NCBI GenBank assembly: GCA_017513085.1
Contig: JAFWDK010000029.1
Span: forward strand, 1-64,000
DNA from: Clostridiales bacterium
GTDB taxonomy: Bacteria > Bacillota > Clostridia > Saccharofermentanales > Saccharofermentanaceae
Length of the DNA: 64,000 nt
Reading direction: 5' to 3'
Shown here in pieces: positions 58,661 through 64,000 of this stretch. The notes beneath the pieces were generated by a model, which searched no databases, was not told the origin of the DNA, and saw nothing but the letters and a program-made list of their open reading frames with translations. Position 1 is the first letter of the stretch. The number at the start of each line of letters is the position of its first letter. The position numbers and the translations under genes were made by a program.

Positions 58661-60040
58661 ATGAGAAACGAAACGACTTTCCCGGATCTCGATAACCGGA
58701 AGGCTTTTTATCGCGCCCTTCTGGTCATCGTGTTGCCGATTATTTTCCAATATTTCATGTCGTCACTGGTCACAGCTTCCGATGCTTTTATGCTCGGATT
58801 TCTGGACCAGGCGTCATTGTCTGCCGTCTCGCTCGCGGGACAGGTGGCTTTTGTGTTTTATCTGTTTGTGAATACATTTATTACCGGTGCGACCGTCATC
58901 GGCGCGCAATACTGGGGCAAAAAGGATTTTGTGGCGATGGAGGATATCGTGGGCATCACGATGCGGTACTCCATTCTTATCGGACTTGCTTTTACCCTGG
59001 CTGCGGAATTCTTCCCGGATTATCTGATGCGCGTGTTCACGAACGACACGGCGATGATTGCCGGAGGAGTGAAATACCTCCGCGTGGTGGCGCTTTCCTA
59101 TTTCTTTATGAGCTATGCCGACCCGTATCTTTGCATTATGAAGATCTGTGAGAGAACAACGCTGAGCTCGGCGATCTCGTCGATCGGCGTCGTGATCAAC
59201 ATTCTGCTCAATGCACTATTTATCTTTGGTCTGGGTCCTTGTCCCAAGATGGGCATCGAGGGCGCAGCGCTTGCAACAGTGATCTCCCGTGCGCTCGAGT
59301 GCGTGATGGTGGCCGTTGCCGTAAAAAAGACAGATGTTACACCGCTTCGGATCAAGAAACTCTTGCGTGTCGCCAAGAAGTTTATCCATAAGGATTTCTG
59401 GAAGTATTCCATTCCGATCCTGATCAATCAGTTCGGCTGGGGCGGCGGTGTGACGATGTATTCCGTTATCATGGGGCACCTCGGAAACGATGCAACGGCG
59501 GCGAACTCGATCGCCGGGATCGTGAGAAACATGATCGCGAGTGTCTGCTGGGCGATGGCAACCGCGGCCGGCATCATTATCGGAAAGATGCTCGGTGCGG
59601 GAGAACTGGAGAAGGCGAAGCGCTGTGGCGGCCGGTTTGTAAGACTGTCGCTGGCCATCGGGTTCGGATGCGGACTGATCATCTTAGGACTTACGCCGCT
59701 GGCACTTCTGATTCCGACCGATATGACAGAAGTTGCCCACGGATACATGAAGTGGATGCTTCTCATGGGTGCGTATTACATCATAGGAAACTCGCTGAAT
59801 TCCACAGTTATCGGTGGTATTTTCCCGGCAGGCGGGGATACTAAGTTCGGCATGATCTGTGATTGCGTGACGCTGTGGTGTGTCGTGGTCCCGCTGGGCC
59901 TTCTGGCGGCTTTTGTCTGGAAACTGCCTGTTGTGGCGGTGGCGGCGATCCTTACCCTGGACGAATTTGTGAAGATCCCTACGGTGTATATCCATTATAA
60001 GAAATATAAATGGGTGAAAAATATTACCCGGGATGAGTAA
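58661..60040 (+). CDS. MATE family efflux transporter
   Basis: DAFMLG, AQYWG, NILLNALFIFG...MGIEGAALAT and GGDTK; about 12 TMs. Confidence 0.9.
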   Translation: MRNETTFPDLDNRKAFYRALLVIVLPIIFQYFMSSLVTASDAFMLGFLDQASLSAVSLAGQVAFVFYLFVNTFITGATVIGAQYWGKKDFVAMEDIVGITMRYSILIGLAFTLAAEFFPDYLMRVFTNDTAMIAGGVKYLRVVALSYFFMSYADPYLCIMKICERTTLSSAISSIGVVINILLNALFIFGLGPCPKMGIEGAALATVISRALECVMVAVAVKKTDVTPLRIKKLLRVAKKFIHKDFWKYSIPILINQFGWGGGVTMYSVIMGHLGNDATAANSIAGIVRNMIASVCWAMATAAGIIIGKMLGAGELEKAKRCGGRFVRLSLAIGFGCGLIILGLTPLALLIPTDMTEVAHGYMKWMLLMGAYYIIGNSLNSTVIGGIFPAGGDTKFGMICDCVTLWCVVVPLGLLAAFVWKLPVVAVAAILTLDEFVKIPTVYIHYKKYKWVKNITRDE

Positions 60041-60161
60041 AGAAAGAGCAGAAAGCCAAGCTCGGAAGCCGTAATGATTTCTAATGAAAATCATTTAGAA
60101 CATTTTTGCAGGATTTAAGAAGAAAAACGTCACTTTTTCCTCTTTTCGCTTTGAAATTTGA

Positions 60162-60213
60162 TTGTAATAAACCCGATTCTGTTGTAGAATCTTATCGGTG
60201 CTTTTTTGCACGA
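60162..60213 (+). promoter_or_regulatory. gap promoter with Rex-like operator
   Basis: TTGTAA-N17-TAGAAT; GTG-CTTTTTTG-CAC at 60198-60211 just downstream. Confidence 0.55.
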
Positions 60214-60261
60214 TCTCATTAATAATCCCCGAATGAGGGGAAAATATAGGAGGATTTTAAC

Positions 60262-61296
60262 ATGGCAGTTAAAGTTGCAATCAATGGTTTTGGTCGTATC
60301 GGCCGTCTTGCTTTCCGTCAGATGTTTGGCGCAGAGGGTTATGAGATTGTTGCTATCAACGATCTGACAAAGCCTTCCATGCTCGCTCATCTTCTCAAGT
60401 ACGATACAGCTCAGGGTGGTTACTGTGGCGTTATCGGTGAGAACAAGCACACAGTTTCTGCAGACGACGAAGCTAACACAATTACAGTAGATGGTAAGAC
60501 ACTGAAGATCTACGCTGAGAAGGACGCTGTAAATTGCCCTTGGGGTGAGCTCGGTGTTGACGTAGTTCTCGAGTGCACAGGTTTCTATACATCTAAGGAA
60601 AAGTCTCAGGCTCACATTACTGCAGGCGCTAAGAAGGTTGTTATTTCCGCTCCGGCTGGTAACGATCTCCCGACAATCGTATTCAATGTTAACCACACAA
60701 CATTGACAAAAGATGACAAGATCATCTCCGCTGCTTCCTGCACAACAAACTGCCTGGCTCCTATGACAAAGGCTCTCAATGATTACGCTGCTATCCAGAG
60801 CGGTATCATGACAACTGTTCACGCTTACACAGGTGACCAGATGATCCTCGACGGCCCGCACAGAAAGGGTGACCTCCAGAGAGCCCGTGCTGGTGCTGCT
60901 AACATCGTTCCGAACTCCACAGGTGCTGCTAAGGCTATCGGCCTGGTAATTCCGGAGCTCAACGGTAAGCTCATCGGTGCTGCTCAGCGTGTTCCGACTC
61001 CGACAGGTTCCACAACAATTCTCCACGCTGTTGTTAAGGGTGAAGTTACAGTTGATGGTATCAACGCTGCTATGAAGGCTGCTGCTAACGAGTCCTTCGG
61101 TTACACAGAAGAGAAGCTCGTTTCTTCTGACATCATCGGTATGAGATTTGGTTCTCTCTTCGATGCTAACCAGACAATGGTTTCCAAGATGGATGATGGC
61201 AACTCCCTCGTACAGGTTGTTTCCTGGTATGACAACGAGAACTCCTACACATCTCAGATGGTTCGTACAATCAAGTACTTCGCTGAGCTCGGCTAA
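60262..61296 (+). CDS. gap: Glyceraldehyde-3-phosphate dehydrogenase (type I)
   Basis: [25 protein letters not shown] and WYDNE; strong codon bias. Confidence 0.97.
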   Translation: MAVKVAINGFGRIGRLAFRQMFGAEGYEIVAINDLTKPSMLAHLLKYDTAQGGYCGVIGENKHTVSADDEANTITVDGKTLKIYAEKDAVNCPWGELGVDVVLECTGFYTSKEKSQAHITAGAKKVVISAPAGNDLPTIVFNVNHTTLTKDDKIISAASCTTNCLAPMTKALNDYAAIQSGIMTTVHAYTGDQMILDGPHRKGDLQRARAGAANIVPNSTGAAKAIGLVIPELNGKLIGAAQRVPTPTGSTTILHAVVKGEVTVDGINAAMKAAANESFGYTEEKLVSSDIIGMRFGSLFDANQTMVSKMDDGNSLVQVVSWYDNENSYTSQMVRTIKYFAELG

Positions 61297-61320
61297 TCCG
61301 AACGTTAGAGTTATAAAGTT

Positions 61321-61357
61321 AAAAAGACCGTTCCGAAAGGAACGGTCTTTTTCTTTT
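61321..61357. terminator. Bidirectional intrinsic terminator
   Basis: AAAAAGACCGTTCC-GAAA-GGAACGGTCTTTTT. Confidence 0.92.
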
Positions 61358-61380
61358 GCTTTAAAACTTGAAGTAGGTTT

Positions 61381-61710
61381 TTACATGTTGCCTTGTCTTT
61401 TTTCATTGGTAAGGCGGGTCACTGCAGAAGCATCCGTGTTCAGTGCTCCGACTCTGTATTTTCTATAATCCTCGCTTTGAACGATCAGGCTCAATTGCGC
61501 ATCCACATATTCAGGCATCTTCAAGGCATCAAAAGGACTTTTGCTTTCCTGAGATGTGAACATGATCTGTGTAGATATAGAGTCATCCTGAGCCCGGCTG
61601 TCGCCGATGTTGTTGGAATAATTCAGAATGCCGGCCATCAACAGAAAGGCAAGTCCGGTCCCTATCGATATTCCGCCGACGATGGCAAAGAATAATGCTA
61701 ATCCATCCAT
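61381..61710 (-). CDS. Small single-TM protein, possibly the C-terminal part of a YdjH/TPM-type partner
   Basis: AGGAG RBS overlapping the upstream stop; N-terminal TM; tail EYVDAQLSLIVQSEDY. Confidence 0.55.
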   Translation of the reverse strand: MDGLALFFAIVGGISIGTGLAFLLMAGILNYSNNIGDSRAQDDSISTQIMFTSQESKSPFDALKMPEYVDAQLSLIVQSEDYRKYRVGALNTDASAVTRLTNEKRQGNM

Positions 61711-61715
61711 AGTTA

Positions 61716-62918
61716 TCACTCCTGTCTCTTCTTCATGAAGTTGAAGATCGAATTAGATTGACTTCGATCAAGCTGTTGGGTAACTTTTTTCATCTGGGCA
61801 TAGCCGAGGACAAAAAATACCAGGGCAATCATGCCGAAGATCAGGAAAAACGAGAAAGGATTGGTAGACAGGGCAAGTGATTCACCCTTCAGCATGGAAT
61901 AAATAAGGATACCAATTAAAGTGGAGAACACTGTGGAAGTCAAAGCCATCAAGCCATGGAAGAGCTTCTTGTTCCACGGAATACCTCCGACTACTTTTCC
62001 TGTGTCACCGTTTACCATTATGGTATCGTGTTTTCCCTGATAGTCGAATGAAACAAACCATACCGGAAGCATGGCGTAAAAAACATCTTTGTTGATCAAT
62101 GTGGCGCTTCTTGCTAATTTGACGCTCTTGCTGGAAGCACTGAAATCATCCATGGCTTTCTTCTGGAAAATTTCGGAAGCACGCTTATTCGCTGCAGTAT
62201 ATAGATCTGCGTTGGTCAGATCTGACACGTTGGAATAAAAGCCTAAAAGATAATCTTCGTCGAAATACTTGAGTTTGTTCAGGTTGAACGGCTCCAGTCT
62301 CTGAGAACTCTCATCAGATAACATAAGAGAAGCATCGATGGGAAGATTGGTCATGCCCATCATGCCGGCCCGGCCCGCATAAACGGTGTGGCTGTGTTTG
62401 CCGCTGCCTCGTCTGCCGGAGATAAAATCTGCTTCGGAGTGCAGACCATTCACGATCCAGTACGGTACATAGATTCCACGGACCGCAGTAGGCTGGAGTT
62501 CCTTGAATTCTTTCGGTACCAGGAGCCTTTTCTTAAAGGTGTCTTTGATCTTATTGAGAGCCTCTTCCTTCGTGATCGAAAACGGAAGAATGAATTCCGG
62601 TGCTTTTTCCTTCGAGATGCGGTTAAACACCACGCTGGAAGAGCCGCAGTAGATGCACTTGGTCGAAGCTTCGGAGCCGTTAAGTACGATCTCGCCGCCG
62701 CAGGAACTGCAGGTGTATATATAACAATCCATAAACTCTTGCTTGGTTTCTCCGTATACATCGTTTGCGGATACTGCCCGGGTCTTCTCCAGAAGACTCT
62801 TATCACTTGATTCGATATCTTCAGCATTCCAGGCGCTGCCGCATGCTGTGCAAGTAACCTTTTGCGTGCGGGGATCAAAGATGACCGGCGCACCACAGTT
62901 TTTACATAATGTAGCCAT
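61716..62918 (-). CDS. YdjG-like four-CxxC zinc-ribbon membrane protein
   Basis: CKNC, CTAC, CSSC, CIYC; ILPF, GIYVPYW, LPIDAS, LEPF, YLLGF and LPVW...VNGDTGKVVG; two C-terminal TMs. Confidence 0.82.
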   Translation of the reverse strand: MATLCKNCGAPVIFDPRTQKVTCTACGSAWNAEDIESSDKSLLEKTRAVSANDVYGETKQEFMDCYIYTCSSCGGEIVLNGSEASTKCIYCGSSSVVFNRISKEKAPEFILPFSITKEEALNKIKDTFKKRLLVPKEFKELQPTAVRGIYVPYWIVNGLHSEADFISGRRGSGKHSHTVYAGRAGMMGMTNLPIDASLMLSDESSQRLEPFNLNKLKYFDEDYLLGFYSNVSDLTNADLYTAANKRASEIFQKKAMDDFSASSKSVKLARSATLINKDVFYAMLPVWFVSFDYQGKHDTIMVNGDTGKVVGGIPWNKKLFHGLMALTSTVFSTLIGILIYSMLKGESLALSTNPFSFFLIFGMIALVFFVLGYAQMKKVTQQLDRSQSNSIFNFMKKRQE

Positions 62919-63044
62919 TTGTATTTCCTCCTACGAAAGACAATTATACGAAAAACAAAATAATGTTGGAAGTGAGTAAGCTGCCATATAGAGAGATGTA
63001 ATCTGATTTGAATACAGGAATACTTCAATCAGAAAGCTCCGTCT

Positions 63045-63095
63045 AACTTACGGAAAATTTTTTCAATCTTACAAAAGCGTAAGTTGAGTGTAAGG
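63045..63095. promoter_or_regulatory. Candidate OmpR/BceR-type response-regulator binding array
   Basis: CTTACA-N4-CGTAAG (63068-63083) with extra half-sites CTTACG (63047) and TGTAAG (63089). Confidence 0.45.
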
Positions 63096-63170
63096 CACTT
63101 CGATGGGACGGAACCCCGGGTTTTTTTAGAATTAAAGCATAAAGAAACCAACGAAACGGGGTACACAAAA

Positions 63171-63578
63171 ATGAAAACACTTCTTAAGATCATCATCATC
63201 GTAGCACTGGCAGCAATCGTTATTAAGCTTAGTGGTGTGACACACTTGAAGATGGCAGATTTTGTAACCCATGGCATTATCAAGACAATGAACATCGATA
63301 TCGATGCGATCGCACTGGATAAGGACGCTTGTGAAGAATATGCAAAGATGGTCATCGAGAATAACATGATCGAAGGTATGTCCGAAAAGGCAGTGGCTAA
63401 AGAAATCTACGCACACATTTTCCTGAATGCTTATATCCAGACACTTCCGGAAGCCCTGAGAAATACATCCATTGTTTCCCGCCTGTATAACAGCACAAAG
63501 AATGGGATCGATCTTGAAGACTATGGCGATACATTCGTACGTCAGGCAGCCTACAATGTGATCTGGGCAATGGTTTAA
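63171..63578 (+). CDS. Hypothetical small exported or membrane-anchored protein
   Basis: MKTLLKIIIIVALAAIVI signal/TM; followed by a terminator. Confidence 0.7.
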   Translation: MKTLLKIIIIVALAAIVIKLSGVTHLKMADFVTHGIIKTMNIDIDAIALDKDACEEYAKMVIENNMIEGMSEKAVAKEIYAHIFLNAYIQTLPEALRNTSIVSRLYNSTKNGIDLEDYGDTFVRQAAYNVIWAMV

Positions 63579-63615
63579 TTGAAAACTTTTCTAACCCTCC
63601 AACACTATATAGATC

Positions 63616-63648
63616 TGCCGGCCGTCTCCCTCCGCGGCCGGCATTTTT
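63616..63648 (+). terminator. Intrinsic terminator
   Basis: TGCCGGCCG...CGGCCGGCA followed by TTTTT. Confidence 0.82.
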
Positions 63649-63661
63649 ATATGTTTCTGAA

Positions 63662-64000
63662 TCAAGCCTGTGACGGGTTGACGCTTGTTCCTGCATTCTC
63701 GCCGGAAGCGATCGCTTTCCATTGTTTCCGATAATCACGGGGCGAGCTGCCGAAGAATTTTTTGAATGTCTCACTCATATAACTGACGCCGGAAAAACCG
63801 GACAAGGATGCGATCTCTGCCATGGAAAAAGAACTTGAGCGGAGATATTCCGCGACTTTGCGCGCACGTAGATGCATCAGGTAATTGATCGGAGATTCGC
63901 TTACGTACTGCTTGAAGAGAAGATTACAAAGAGATTTGCTGATGTTTGCAGAGGCCGCGATCTCTTCGAGTGTGAGCGTCCTCTGATAGTTATCCGAGAT
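63662..64000 (-). CDS. AraC family transcriptional regulator, C-terminal HTH (5'-truncated by window edge)
   Basis: Frame is open from 64000: LTLEEIAASANISKSLCNLLFKQYVSESPINYL...EIASLSGFSGVSYMSETFKKFFGSSPRDYR. Confidence 0.9.
   Translation of the reverse strand: MSDNYQRTLTLEEIAASANISKSLCNLLFKQYVSESPINYLMHLRARKVAEYLRSSSFSMAEIASLSGFSGVSYMSETFKKFFGSSPRDYRKQWKAIASGENAGTSVNPSQA

Noticed and set aside
60130-61026. 298-aa antisense ORF over gap
   Set aside because: This is a common artefact of the codon bias of gap.
63030-63130. Possible c-di-GMP riboswitch
   Set aside because: It lacks the class I (GCAAA..GAAA..GACGCAAA) and class II (GGGCAC..GTGCAACC) cores.
1-64000. tRNA, rRNA, IS elements, integrases, prophage genes
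   Set aside because: None were recognised by eye; intergenic gaps are short and mostly explained by promoters and terminators. tRNAscan-SE and Infernal would confirm.

Overview
This is a gene-dense chromosomal window of roughly 50% GC (estimated by eye). It is probably from a Clostridia/Bacillota anaerobe; the sigma-A promoters, sortase substrate, DUF4214-like and cohesin domains and serpin suggest a rumen or gut Saccharofermentans-like lineage, but that is inference. Most genes are housekeeping, metabolic or envelope genes: tmcAL, pcrA, dGTPase, yfbR, folC, thrC, prfC, malQ, glpK, GH1, GT4, cls, PPK2, an aconitase-family hydratase, aqpZ, MATE and gap. I saw no tRNA, rRNA, CRISPR array, transposase or prophage gene. 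The best candidate for an undescribed system is a set of YdjG-like four-CxxC zinc-ribbon proteins. A tandem pair (26648-32562) has no C-terminal membrane anchor and instead carries disordered tails ending in the shared motif PEFDPxGPxPFK. The longer tail has repeated PIWxR motifs, and PIWTK recurs at the end of a flotillin encoded in a DUF1836 / His-rich NfeD / flotillin operon (47722-51082). A third, membrane-anchored YdjG homolog with a truncated YdjH-like partner lies at 61381-62918. Other signals are a near-perfect three-way-junction fold after thrC, a sigma-A promoter inside folC, face-to-face promoters for prfC and an NYN-LOTUS gene, two degenerate EAL proteins and a lipoprotein serpin. 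All family calls come from motif recognition by eye; no database searches were run.
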